Below the pieces are notes generated by a model. That model did no database searches. It saw only the letters and a list, made by a program, of their open reading frames with translations, and was not told the DNA's origin. 29,838 bases of DNA from Vicugna vicugna (taxonomy: Eukaryota): positions 560,001 to 589,838 of the forward strand of contig MU058791.1 in NCBI GenBank assembly GCA_013265495.1. The letters are read 5' to 3'. How positions within the stretch are numbered: the first letter of the stretch is position 1; the number at the start of each line of letters is the position of its first letter. Below are positions 1 through 11,912 of the stretch, one piece after another. A program made the position numbers and the translations under genes.

Positions 1-449
1 CAGTCAGTCCTTCTGGACACCTTGTGCCCACCCTTGGTCCATCTTACCTTATCCCCCAAAATTATCTGTGTGGGGACTACTGAGGGAATTTAAAACATTA
101 AAATAGACACATGCAAAGGAAATACTGATACATCCTAAAGCAAATGGGAAATAGAAGTCAATGGCTGACCGGGTTTTCACAGGTAGACCGTGGATAAGTC
201 ATTGGTCGGTGACTCTTGACACCAACTTCATGAACGCAGGCAGGGACCACTGTCCCCTGAGTCCTCACTTGCTGAAGGACCACAGGCTTAAAGGGGGGCA
301 GGTTTCAGCCCTGTGGAACTGAGACTTCGGAGGAGCCCAGGGGGCTCGTGGACACTCAGCCAAGGGAACGCTCAAGGTCTGACCCTGAGTAAGGACCTCT
401 GATGCAGGAAGGAAAAATAACGGAAGTCATCTAAAAGGTCCGGTGCAGG

Positions 450-774
450 CAGGGGTCGGCGATCTTTTTTGGTAAAGGGCCAGTTAATAGGCTTTTTTAG
501 CTTTGTGAGCCGCACGGCCTGGGATACCAGTCATCTAGGACTTTGTAGACCAGAAGCAGCCACATGCAATATGTCACTCCAACCAAGGCTGTGAGCTAAT
601 ACAACTTTATTTACACACTGAAATTTGAATTTCATACCATTCTGTGTTGCAAACTTTTTCTTTTTACCATTTAAAAATTTAAAAAACATGTTTAGCTCAG
701 AAGCCATACAAAAGTATGCCGGATGTGACCAGCTGACCAGACGGAGCCTGAAGGTCAAGGTATGCTGACCTCTG
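450..774 (+). mobile_element. MER58B-like hAT-Charlie non-autonomous DNA transposon
   Basis: Terminal inverted repeats CAGGGGTCGGC (450-460) and GCTGACCTCTG (764-774). Internal GTAAAGGGCCAG, ACTTTATTTACACACTGAAATTTGAATTTCATA and CCATTTAAAAA...AAAAACATGTTTAGCTC. Confidence 0.8.
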
Positions 775-1879
775 GGCTACTATGGAGAAATCACACTACA
801 TAATAATGTCTGCAAACCTTCACTCAGAAAACCAACACAAGTAGTTCACTCAGAATGTCCATGATTTGACCTACTCTAAATTGCCAGTATTTCCAGAACT
901 TGGATATTTCAAGTCCAAACAAATGTCATGTCCATAAAAGACTCCATCGAACTGAAATGCTTTTGATTTTGAATGATCTTCTGTTTCCTTCTACGGTACA
1001 GATTATTGAATGGGGCATCCAACACTCCAAAAATGACGATTATCCATGAAAAATACAGGACCCAGTCACGATGCATGTCACCTGTGAGACTCCCATGGCA
1101 GCCCTGCAAACCTCCATGGCCATCTGACTCCCATTTTTGGCACATGCGCAAGCCCACCTAGACACCACCAGTTGTCACTCACAGCTGAGTACTTCATCCT
1201 GTCACCACAAACCACCCACGACAGCACACTGTCCCTCAACCTTCTTGACGAATTATCATTTCTTTTAAAAATGTTTAGAATAATTCTATGACTGTTCAGA
1301 CACGCCTGGTATTCAGGCTCCTCACTCTGCTGAATCGAGTTATGAGTCACCAAAATTGTTTACTTCCATTTCCCTCAAGAGTCCCGTAAGGCTCTGTTAA
1401 ATACTAAGCGCTCCTAATCCAAATAAAATACAACTTAATTCACTTTACAAGGACATACGTGTTAAGCAACCTGTAGGCTTTTACTTAAGAAAATCCTACC
1501 ACTTGCTGATTGGAATTCCACAACCCAGTCTACTCCGTCCCTTCGGATTCTGCGTCCCGTCTGAAAACACCACCTTTTGGAGACAAAGCCCTGTTATTTC
1601 CAGGCCCGTCCACAGTTAACTGGGGCAGAATGCTGGGCACGAGGGGAGAAGAGTTCCAAGTGAACCTGGGGATCACCTGGTTTGTAACCAAGACCCAGAT
1701 CCAGTAACTTCACCCTTGTTGCAGTGCCTTGTGACCACTGTGTCGCCGTCTTCTGCCAAATCACCATCCCCACAGTCCCAAAGAAAAACTGTCTTATCGC
1801 ATCACTCTATGCTTTTCAAGATTTACTAAGCTGTCCCAGAAGCTCAGCATTAAACTCTTCAGACCAATTCCCCTTCATC

Positions 1880-2214
1880 TAGTGTTTCTGTGGTGCAGGA
1901 ATATGGTGATGATGGACATGAATGGGCCCCCTACCCATCACAGCTGGCGAGTCAGCACACAGATCCAGCAGCAGACCCCCAACCCACTCCTTACCTGCTT
2001 CTTCCTGCCCAGGGAACTCTGTTTTACTCACCTTCCTCCTGGTCTCGGGCTCAGAGAAAAGGCCCTTCTCAGCTCTAGAGGATGTATTTTGAGGAGTCTA
2101 CAGTTAGACCCTACACTAACAATGGAAGTCACACTCCTCTTGCCACAGCGTAAGCCTGCAGCTTGTGGTGGCTTGGCTTCTCATGGGCCGATAATGCAAT
2201 TCTGGCCAAGGAAA
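1880..2214 (+). mobile_element. Old ERVL/MaLR-class LTR (MLT1J/K- or LTR33-like), 5' part
   Basis: Ends in CAATTCTGGCCAAGGAAA, a motif typical of these LTRs, and continues after the nested LTR. The 5' boundary is approximate. Confidence 0.55.
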
Positions 2215-2969
2215 TGACAAAGACCTTGACCAAGCTTTAGCCAAGCTCAAGGCCTCAACCTTGTACTGAAAGGACCGTGACTTTTGGCACCAAGGATCTT
2301 CCCCACCGCATCCCATTAAGAGACCTGAACAAACTCTAACGTGGCTTCTAGCAGTCTAAGCTCATGTCCCTGGGTTGGCCCCACTGCCCCTTGAGTTCCT
2401 GTCAAAAAAGAAAAAAAAAAAAGAAAGAAAGAAAAAACTCTCAAAGCTGTTAAAAAGAATTTACTGTTTGTTCCAGCCAAAAGCCTGATAGGCCCCTGAC
2501 CTCCCTTTCTTAAAGCACTTATTTAAAAGGAGAAAAAAAAAAAAAAGCACCTTACAATTGCACAGCCTTCCTTTGTCCCTTGGTGATGTATCTGTATCTC
2601 CCACAACCAAGGTGTCTTTCTCAAGGATCTGAAAGCCATTCCTCTGAAATACAACCATCAGGAAGGATAGAAGCCCCGTCTCCCAGGCTCTGGGGGAGGC
2701 TGGGGGTCTAACTTCAGTCAGTACCAGTCAGCAAGGCCAGGTGGCCTCAACCCTCTGACCAACCCGCCTGCCTTTTGCAGTTTTCTACCTCTCTGTCTGG
2801 GCTTGAGCCCTTGCTGGCTCTCCCCTCAAGGCCCACAGCCCCTCCGCCCGGGTCAGAGCCGAGCCTGGTTGTAGCAGACATCCAGGTCTCCTTCTCCTGC
2901 TGCCACAGCACAGAGTGGACTCTGTCTTTCCTGCCTTTAACTAGCATCGGGCTTTGTTTTTCTTTACCA
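2215..2969 (+). mobile_element. Solo ERV1-class LTR (MER34/MER39-like)
   Basis: Starts TGACAAAGACCTTGACCAAGCTTTAG and ends TTTTTCTTTACCA. 4-bp TSD GAAA at 2211-2214 and 2970-2973. Internal GTCTTTCTCAAGGATCTGAAAGCCATTCCTCTGAAATACAACCATCAGGAAGGATAG is typical of the MER34/39 group. Confidence 0.8.
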
Positions 2970-3369
2970 GAAACACAGAAAAAAAGTCTGCTCAAGGGCT
3001 GCTAGTGGAATTTTTTCTCTCTGATCCAAAACAAAATGAAACCAAAATAGCAAACAAACCAAAAAAAAAAAAAAAATCCAACCATCCAAGACCCTGAAGG
3101 AATCTGGGGAGAAATTTCCACCTGGGATAAAGCAGCTGTGACAGGAGGTGGTTTCTGCAGCGGCAACCTCGCACCAGGAGGGGACCAACTCAAAGGTCGT
3201 GCTGAGAGCTGCGGACGCCAGGACCCTGACAGCCTGAGCCTCTGACGACACGAGATGCCAACCCTGCACCTGCACAGCCCTGGGCTTCTTGCTACAGGAG
3301 ACTGATAAGTACTCTACCGTTTAGGCTGCTTTGGGTACCATCTTGAAATCAAACATCCTCACTGATTCA
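2970..3369 (+). mobile_element. Old ERVL/MaLR-class LTR, 3' part
   Basis: AAGTCTGC... follows directly on TTCTGGCCAA from the left piece. It ends AAACATCCTCACTGATTCA, resembling the AAGCATCCTAACTGATACA terminus. Confidence 0.6.
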
Positions 3370-4189
3370 TCCTACAGGGTGAAGAGCTGCCCAAGGGATG
3401 CAGCAGAAAGGCAGTAGTTCCCAAAGAGCAGCACTGCAGGTAACACAAATGCATCCAAAACTCCAACAGAGAAAAAGGACCATTTGAGCTTCGTAACCGA
3501 CTGGTCCAGGCCTTGCTTCAGGTTTGGGAAGAGCTGGACCCAGGTGTGCTGACCATGCCACCGGAAGCCCTTCTCTGCCCTGCTTCCCCCAGCACCAACC
3601 TCATGCTCAGCAGGTCCACCCCACACCGTGGTGAGATGCCCACAGCGTCAAGTGTCCTTTCCTCTGAGTGGCAATCCCAAGGGGGAACGGGGAGCCTCTG
3701 TCCCTGTCGTTCCAGCCGAAGTCCCCCTGGCCTGGCTTAGGTGTCTGTCCATTTCCTCAACACTGACCATGGCCAGTGGGCCTGCGTTCCACTGGGCCAG
3801 GCCAACATCACAGGGATGTGATCAGTTCAAGGAGACGGGGCGGCCACGGGGAAGTCGGGGTGCACTGGCCAAAAGCGCGAGGCAGGCTGAAACAGCAGAT
3901 GCCCACAGTGGTGGGAATGAAAGTTAAACCTCAGACTCTGGTAACTGTCCTACAGCTACTGCAACTGCCCTTACTACTGCAGCCGAGGGAGGGCCGAAGG
4001 CACACAAATACATTTTAATGAGCTACAACGAGTAGAAATATGCTTTACTGCCCCTCAGTGCAGCACCTGGCTCATAATAGACACTCAAACACCAACTCTC
4101 CAAGTGTTCTACACTTTGCATACACAGGGGTCAGGGTGAGCCAGGGATCAGGCCACGGGAACCCATCTTTACGGACAAGAAGAGAACGT

Positions 4190-4360
4190 CAGAGCTGAAA
4201 GACAGCTTGTAAATCATTTAGTCCAAACCCCTTAGATTACAGCCAAAAAACCTGGGCCCCAGAGAGGGCTGGTGATTTGGCTCAAGGCTGGTCAGGGTCA
4301 AGGCCAGGGTCAAGATCAGGCCTGGGGCATCTTCCCAGCCCAGTGTTTATTACTGCGTGG
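4190..4360 (-). mobile_element. MIR (MIR3/MIRc-like) fragment
   Basis: ATCATTTAGTCCAAACCCCTTAGATTACAG...GGGCCCCAGAGAGGGCTGGTGATTTGGCTCAAGG resembles the MIR core. Confidence 0.6.
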
Positions 4361-5384
4361 CACCCAGAATGCTTACAGGTGAGACTTGGGAAAATTAAAA
4401 TGCTGTCCTCTTTCTTAAGGGTTTTCTCAGCATAGTTGTACTGTTCTTGAGGGAAAACGCAATGAAAAGAATAGACACATAAGGCTTTTGAACATCTGTG
4501 TTTTTTAATCCTTCAACTCCACAGAAGTTCAGTATTACTGCATTGTTTTTCGGTGTGGTCTGCGTGTGTGTTTGGAAAGGACGGGGGGGAGGTGCCAGCG
4601 TGAAGCAAGACTGGGGCACGGTAGATCCCTGAGAGCCGGGAAGACGTGTCTGGGTCCTGTTGCCTCGGAGGATGGAAATTCCCCATCCCTGCGTTCATGG
4701 CTTATCTGCTCATTGGCCCAGAGCAGGCAGCTGCCAGACACGGGAGATTTACAATGTGACATTCCAGCCCTGATCTCTGCGGAATAGACAGAGCAAAGCC
4801 ACAGTGCTCAGTGCGCGTCCAGTGCTTTGTGCCAGGCTCAAGAGCTCTCACACTGCAATGACCAACTATGCAGACTGGAAACACAAGGTGGGGCGGTGGG
4901 GAGAGGCAGGGACTGTGGGAAACGACCGGGGGCCCCTGGAGGGGCTGAGGTTGCACAAGCCTCCCTGAAGCCAAGGGTTTGGAGGCATCAACACAGACCC
5001 AGAGTGACCCTGGTGCCCAAACCCCGCCAGCCATGTCCCAAGCTTCGGACTTCTGCCCTGACAATGAAAGCAGCCCTACTGACCAAATCAAGCAGGGTGA
5101 TGGACGCAGACTATTCCATGGGGCATAAAGCACTGTGCACAAACACAAGGGGGCTTTTGGTGGCTTTCAGACTTTCTTCCTTTTACAGTTTGGACTCTTA
5201 GTCTTAGAATGTGTTATCTCGTGGGGAAAAGTAGGCAGGAAGGCGAACAGAAGTCCCTCACAGCAGGGGAGAGCCTAGAAATACACCCCACCTCCACTTA
5301 GCACTATGGGCAACCTCTAAGGTGCTGGCAGAGGGCACCAGCACCCCAAAGCAGCCCTGTGGGCTGCTGCAAATTAGCACGGGC

Positions 5385-5530
5385 CTGGGATCCCCCAGAC
5401 ACAAGCTGCCACCCAGACTCTTCCCTCACTGGCTTGGTGGCTTCAGCAAGTGGCTTAACCTCACCCTGTCTCAGTTTCCACTTCTGTGATGTGAAGGTCC
5501 TAACAGTCAACCCATCACGGGCCTGAAAAC
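5385..5530 (+). mobile_element. MIR fragment
   Basis: GCAAGTGGCTTAACCTCACCCTGTCTCAGTTTCCACTTCTGTGA matches the MIR core. Confidence 0.7.
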
Positions 5531-6735
5531 CTAGTGTCACCAGAGTGTGCCAAGTGACTGTCACCCACTTCAGCGGCCCTTCCCAAAAATGCATCAGCGG
5601 GAAACGGCAGGTGGGTGGACTCCTTGCTGAAGACCAGGCTTTCCTTTACAGCCAAAGCAGCAGCATCACAAACCAAACAGCGTGAGAAGGGCAGAGAGGG
5701 GGAAAGCTCCCATCCGTCTTGAACTATCCTCGCTAAGGCCAGGACAGTTCAAGGACCTAGTCATGTGGTCACTGTGAGCCCCAGAAAAGATGCTGGCGAA
5801 TGTAACAAGGGTGTGTTCTCTGTCGCTTCCTCCTCAAGGCGCTGGGGCTACTGCAGACTGGCTCCTAGCTCCCCCCTCCAGGCGTGCCCCACCACCGCTC
5901 AGGGCAGCTGAGGATGGCCATTAGACTGATTTCCAAAGGAGGGCTTTGCACTAGGACGTTTACGGAGCTTAAGCTTATAGTTCTGAGGAAACGTAAAGTC
6001 TCCCCCAGCCCCAAGAAATCAGCTGAAATCAGCAGTTTCCATTTAACCTTGGAGATCCAGGTTTGCACTAAAGACCCCCTTACCAAGCTTCCAAATAGTT
6101 ACCTGCGCCCTCAACTTCAAAGAAAATACTCCGGTTGTGTAGAGGGCGACCCCCTCTGACCCCTCTTTGAGAGGGATGAGGGGCAGGAGATGTCAGGCCT
6201 GAGAAGGGAAGAAATGCTTGTCTGGACTCGCTGATGCTCGGCGCCAAGCCAGACAGACTGGCAAACAACAGACTTCACGAGGTGGAGGACAAATAATGGA
6301 ATGCTGCTTTCTGAGAAGATTAGAAGTCCAATTTGATAAAAGGCCAAGAAGAATGAAAACAGAAACTGCTGTTTTCACTCCGGAGTAAGAGCTCCAGAAT
6401 GGCTCCCTGTCGTCTCTGAAGCGGCCGGATTTCACAGGACGGGTTCTACCGTCTGATGACCACCCTCCCTTTAAGGCGATCTGCTTCGGATCTGAGAAAA
6501 ATTCCTAAGGATCAGCAAAGCCCCCAAATCTCTTCAGGCTGTAAGAACAAAGCCTGACGCATGAATGTGAAAGCACCTTTACACTTAGAGCTCTTTTCTT
6601 CCTTTCTTCTCAAGACACGAACAGTCGTTTTTATAGTTGCCACCTGTTCCACTTAAAGTGCCGTGTCAAATGGCCAGCACAAAAGCCTAAGTCCCAAATG
6701 ACATAAAATGCCACCAGACAGAACAGGGGTCTTCT

Positions 6736-7021
6736 CTTTTTTCACCGAAGTATGGCTGATTTACAATGTTGTGTTAGTTTCTGGTGTACAGCATACTGAT
6801 TCAGTTCCATGTATATCTATTCTCTATTCTTTTTCATTATAGGTTATGATAAGCTATTAAATATGGTTCCCCGTGCTATACAATAGGGCCTTGCTGTTTT
6901 ATCTGTTTTATATATAGCAGTGTGTATCTGCTAATCCCAAACTCCTCATCTATCCCTCCCCCTCCTTCCCTTTTGGTAACCCTAAGTTCGTTTTCCGTGT
7001 CTGGGAGTCTGCTTCTGTTTT
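6736..7021 (-). mobile_element. 5'-truncated L1 3' UTR (cetartiodactyl type)
   Basis: GAAGTATGGCTGATTTACAATGTTGTGTTAGTTTCTGGTGTACAGC...TGGTAACCCTAAGTTCGTTTTC...GAGTCTGCTTCTGTTTT. Decayed TSD AGGGGTCTTCT (6725-6735) / AGGGACCTTCT (7025-7035). Confidence 0.85.
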
Positions 7022-7822
7022 ACTAGGGACCTTCTTAAGTCACATCGTGTGAAAATGAACTCTAAAACCATTCGGGATACGCAGTGGGAATTTTTTCTTA
7101 GGTAATGTATCAAACACGAACGAGGAAGATTATTTTTAGTTCTGGTTAAAAGCTTCAAGAAGCCCATTTTTTTCTTTTCCTTTCCCTTGGCTAGGATTGC
7201 TACAGCTTTTATATGGTGTCTTACAAGCATATGTGTGTACTTTTCATCGAGATTTACACTCACACACATAGATACACGACGCACTATTTTTCCATTTCAC
7301 TCTCCCCCCCCGCATCAAAAGTAATGGAATCTCAGCTTTTTATTTGGTTAAGAGACCTCCAGCTGCGTTAGGAATACTTCTGCAGTTAAATACCACTTTC
7401 AACGAGTGAAAGAAGATAGCTGTGGGAAAGACGGGACTGGGACTGGAATTCATTAACACATTGGACAATAGTATTTTCCCTTTATTTGGAAAGCTGCTCT
7501 AACTCCTCCCACTACACAGACTATGACCAAATAAAGGCCAACTGCTCACTCGACTCCTCTTTGCCTCTGAGCATCAACGACATTTGCTCTCCTGCTCCCC
7601 TCTAGCATCTCTCCCTTCTTTTCTCTCTAATGAAACAATACCATTTGTAACACTGCTTTTTCTTGATATGGCACTCAGACTCATCAAGTACCTATGTTCA
7701 GCACAATAAGTGGACACACACATAGTGGCTCCTGGGTCCTAAACACTGTTCCAAGTTTCATACGTGTTCACTCATTAAACCACATGTTCCACCGTCACTG
7801 TTCACAATAATCCTAGAGACTC

Positions 7823-8304
7823 TATGGTGTCAGTTGCCTGAATCCTTCCTCTCTTCCTATTAAACCTCAGCTTTCTTAGAGTTCCACCCTTTTTCACACG
7901 GCCATTGCTTCCAGAGGGGCTGTCCTGGAATAGGGCCCTTACTGGTCTGAGTAAGGTGGCCACTAGGTGCAGGGATGGGACACACTTCCGGCCAATGACA
8001 TGCGAGAGCAAGTCTGCCAGTCGTGGGCTTGAGAATCTCTCTTTGTTGTTCTTAATAAAAGAGAGGATGTCTCCCTCTTTTGGATCTTGTTGGAGTCGAT
8101 GAGGAGAGCTGGCCTGAGGACAGAGGCACCACAGAGAGGATGCCAACCCAAGGGAGTCCCCCAGAAGGGACCGAGCACCCCAACTGTAGCTGCCATAGTT
8201 TTTGCTTTCTTGCCTCATGTGATATATAACGTTTCCTCCTTGTTTTAAATTAGCTGAGTCCAGATTTCTCTCTCACTTGCAGCCAAAGGCACCCTTAGTT
8301 ATAA
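7823..8304 (+). mobile_element. ERVL/MaLR-class LTR (MLT1J/K- or LTR33-like)
   Basis: CTTCCGGCCAATGACATGCGAGAGCAAGTCTGCC motif. 3' end CTCACTTGCAGCCAAAGGCACCCTTAGTTATA. Confidence 0.65.
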
Positions 8305-11300
8305 ATTAACAGATGAAGAAAGAGTAACAGAGCAAGTAACTTACCTAAAACCACACTGCTAGTAAAAATCACACTACTAATCTTAATCTCCTAAGAACAC
8401 GCAGGCATGACGGGACAGTTTATATTACATATCAAACCTGAAAAAAAAAAGTGCTAAGAACAAGACTTCCAGACACCAATGCTGAATAAATTACATGTAC
8501 ATGTACTTTCATAATCACTCTCACACATACACATTCACACACATCACAACTCATCTTGAGATCCCAGTTAGCAAGCTGGTCAACTAGAGTTCAATATTTA
8601 TTTGACACCTATTCTCAAAGACTGTTAGATTTTGAGGTCGTATGTAGGAGAAAAAAAAATTACAGGTTAAGTTCACTGAAAGTGTCATAAGGCACATGAA
8701 AAAGCAAATATATTATTTTTTATTAAATTCCAATGGTTTTGACTGTTAACAGTCCACCTTAGTAAAATCAAGCAATTGGCCACCACAGTCTAGGTGTAGA
8801 AATATGGCAGTAATCTGCTGCTAATTCTGCATACTTCTTTTCCCCTGTGATCCTGAATCATTAACTCTTGGATGCCAGCCACATGGGGGTTTCAGCTGTA
8901 AAGAGGCATCACGCAAAACAGAACCCAGAGACGGATGTCCCCAAGGAGGCATCTTCTTTACTCTACACGCTGTCAAATGACACGTGGAAAAGGCAGATCC
9001 CGCACAAGTGAGACTAAGCCTGTAATTCACTCTAGATAAATTGCCGAGTCCCATGAAAGCGAATTAAGAGTTCATTTTTAGTGACCAACCATCAGTTAGA
9101 TTCTCTAGAATAGAAAGCGAATCCTCCATCCAGGCAACTCATGTGTCCTTGTAAGCCTTTCCCAGCTGTTGCTAAGGTGATGTCTCAATAAATCTGTCAT
9201 GGTATGTGGACAAGAAGCATCTTGGAGTGACGGAAGTACGCCCTAGTGAATTCAAAGCCCCCAGGGCCAGTTCTGGGGACTGAGTTACTCCTAAGTGGTA
9301 CTGCCAGTCGGGAGGACTCTCCTCCCCTGCTGTCCAGATTCTGTGTAGAGGGCCCTGCATTAGACGGATGTTCCAGTGGCCCCTCCAGGGCCCCTCACTC
9401 ACACCCCCTGGGGACAGGGATTGAATTCTGACTGGTGTATTGAGGACAGAAGCCATGCCTGCCTCACTTGGTCCCATCCACTGCCCTGAACCTCCTGGGA
9501 GCTAATGGACCACAGGGAGCTCCTTGTCTCATCAAAGCCAAGAATATTAGAGCATCAGTGGGGCCCACAGACATGGGCTGTGGTTTTCCAGAGCCCCCAG
9601 TGCCTACCTGGGTGGGTGAGTCCACCCAATCCTGAATTGGTGAATCGGCCCTCTCATCTGTAGATGGGACCACATTCCCATACCACCTTCATCAGTTTAA
9701 AAAAAAAAAAAAGCAACCTTCATCTCCAATCAGAACATGCGCGAGGAAGCTGGTAGCCGTTCACAGAGCTCGCTCAAATCGCATTTCCTTAAAGCAGAGG
9801 GAGTTCACCGCGCTCTCCTGGGTACAGTGCCTGACAGCGTCTGAAACACTCTCCCACGTCCTACCTCTCTGCGCTTTTCCCAACTCACCTGGGAGAAGAC
9901 AGGGTTTATTAACCCAGACAGACTCTACTGTGGAAACTGGGACCCAGAAATTTTAAATGCTCCATCCAGAGTACACAGCCCTGCACAACGTCGCAGACCT
10001 CTAGCTCCAAGCTTCTGTTCTTTGGGGATTGCCCTTCCCTCCCTGCTCCCTCCAATGCTCTAAGAATCAAGGAGCTTGAGTGACGGAGCCAGGATGGGGC
10101 AGCCCGTGGACCCAGCATCCCTGCTCCCCTCCAACACGGCAGCTCTGCCTCTGAAAGGCTGCTTCAGTACAACACCATTTACTGCTTAGCAGAGAGCCTA
10201 ATTTACTGGAAGCTCCAGCTTCATTCTTCCTACAGGCCAACAAGATCATTAAAGGAATTCTTTTGTTATTTCAACAACCTATTTTTCACTCTGAAGCAAT
10301 GTCTCTATCCAAACTGGAGACGGTTCAAAAGTTCTTTAAAAGCCACTCCACAACCTAACTAATAAAGGAAGCAATTAGAGAGCCCTTGGCAAAGGCAGGC
10401 ATGTCACCAAACTCTTCAGCTCCTCCAGGACCTCGCACCACACGGGACTCTGCCTCCTTACAGGGGTAGTGTCAAGGATGACATCTGCTCTAACACGTCA
10501 ACCCACAAGGTGGTAATAACCTCAAGGGAGGAAAAGTCCTTGACTGTCATGATGTGGAATCAGACCCCAGGCCATCTACTGTCCTCAGATGCCTCCCTCG
10601 CTCCCTCCTGGCCCCGGGGCCTCGTAGATTATATTTAAACTGTGGAGAAAAACTGGGACTCGCTGAAGCGAGCAGAAGGGAGCCGCGGTGGCCCGTGGAA
10701 CCAAGGCTGGAGCAGAAAGCACAAGAGGCTGTTAACTCTTTCTAACGTGAACCAGGGCGTTTCTTGCCTTAACTGATCCTGCACAGCGAACTTCAGTTAA
10801 CTCTTTGAGGACCTCGGAGCACAACTTCCCAATGTCGACCATGGAGATGTGGACAAGCAGGCAGGTGCCCCCTGTGGTCCTAAAGGAGCTCTTTCTTCCC
10901 AAAGCCAGTGTTCTTCCAGCACCATGACCTTCAGCTCTGGGCACCCTTGCCCTCCTCCTCCTGGCTGTCTCTCAGAGAGGGTCCTGCCACCCTGTGGCTG
11001 CCCGCTCTCCCACCCACATTCCCCATGGCTGTCTGTCTGTCTGCTCAGTCTTATCCCTCTGTCCACCCCTACCTGCAGCCAAGCCCCCAAGACTTGGTTC
11101 TCAACCTCAGTTGTCTCCCATCCCAAGATGGACTCGCTCTGCTTCACGGCTGCAATCACCACCTCCCAGGCCAGGAACATCCTCTTGCCTCCACCTCCCA
11201 CCCCCACTGCCTGCCGACAGCAGCCGTCCCCCGTCAGACCATCACCTCATGCCATCCACAGCCCGGACCATGCTCGCTGCTTCTCTCCAGGGCCTCCCGT

Positions 11301-11734
11301 GCAACCACTCCCGCAGCTTCACTTATGGCTTTGTTTTGTCTTCGTCCTTCTGTTTTTGTCCTCACACTCGCAGTCCAGCAGGTTCAACTCAAAGGATGCA
11401 TGGCGTACTTGGACTTCATTGGCCCTTTACCCCCAAATCTAAACCTGGACAGACAGGTGTCCCCCAGCCTGGGCCACAGGTTCAGCTGGTTTCTGCCTTG
11501 TTTCCAGCCTGGCATCCTGAGCTCCCTGCTGGACCGGCCTGCCAACCCTATGTCATGAGCCATACTAAGCTGGAGCCCTGGTACCTTCCTAGTTCTTGCC
11601 AAGTCCCCGTCCACCAGGGCTGGGGGAGGAGCCTGTCCCATAGCCACCTGGAGACTCTGGGTCCATTCCAGGTGCCTTTAAAAATGAGGAATTCCAGATA
11701 CTAGCTTGGTTTGGGAACAGCACAGCCAAGGGAA

Positions 11735-11912
11735 GTAGGGTGATGTAGAAAGAAGTTCAGCTTTGGAGGTGGGCAGGCCTGGGTTCGAATCCCACCAGTG
11801 CAAACCACTGAATGTGTGACCAGGCAGCCTTCTCCTCCTCGCCTGCTCACCCGCACTGTGAGACGAGGCTTCCCCACCCGGCTTTTGGAGCTGTTGCGAG
11901 GAGTAAAGATGG
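11735..11912 (+). mobile_element. MIR fragment
   Basis: GCTTTGGAGGTGGGCAGGCCTGGGTTCGAATCCCACC...TGTGTGACC...GCTGTTGCGAGGAGTAAA: tRNA-like box B and MIR tail. Confidence 0.7.

Noticed and set aside
915..1160. Possible DNA-transposon remnant
   Set aside because: I could not identify terminal repeats or assign a family by eye.
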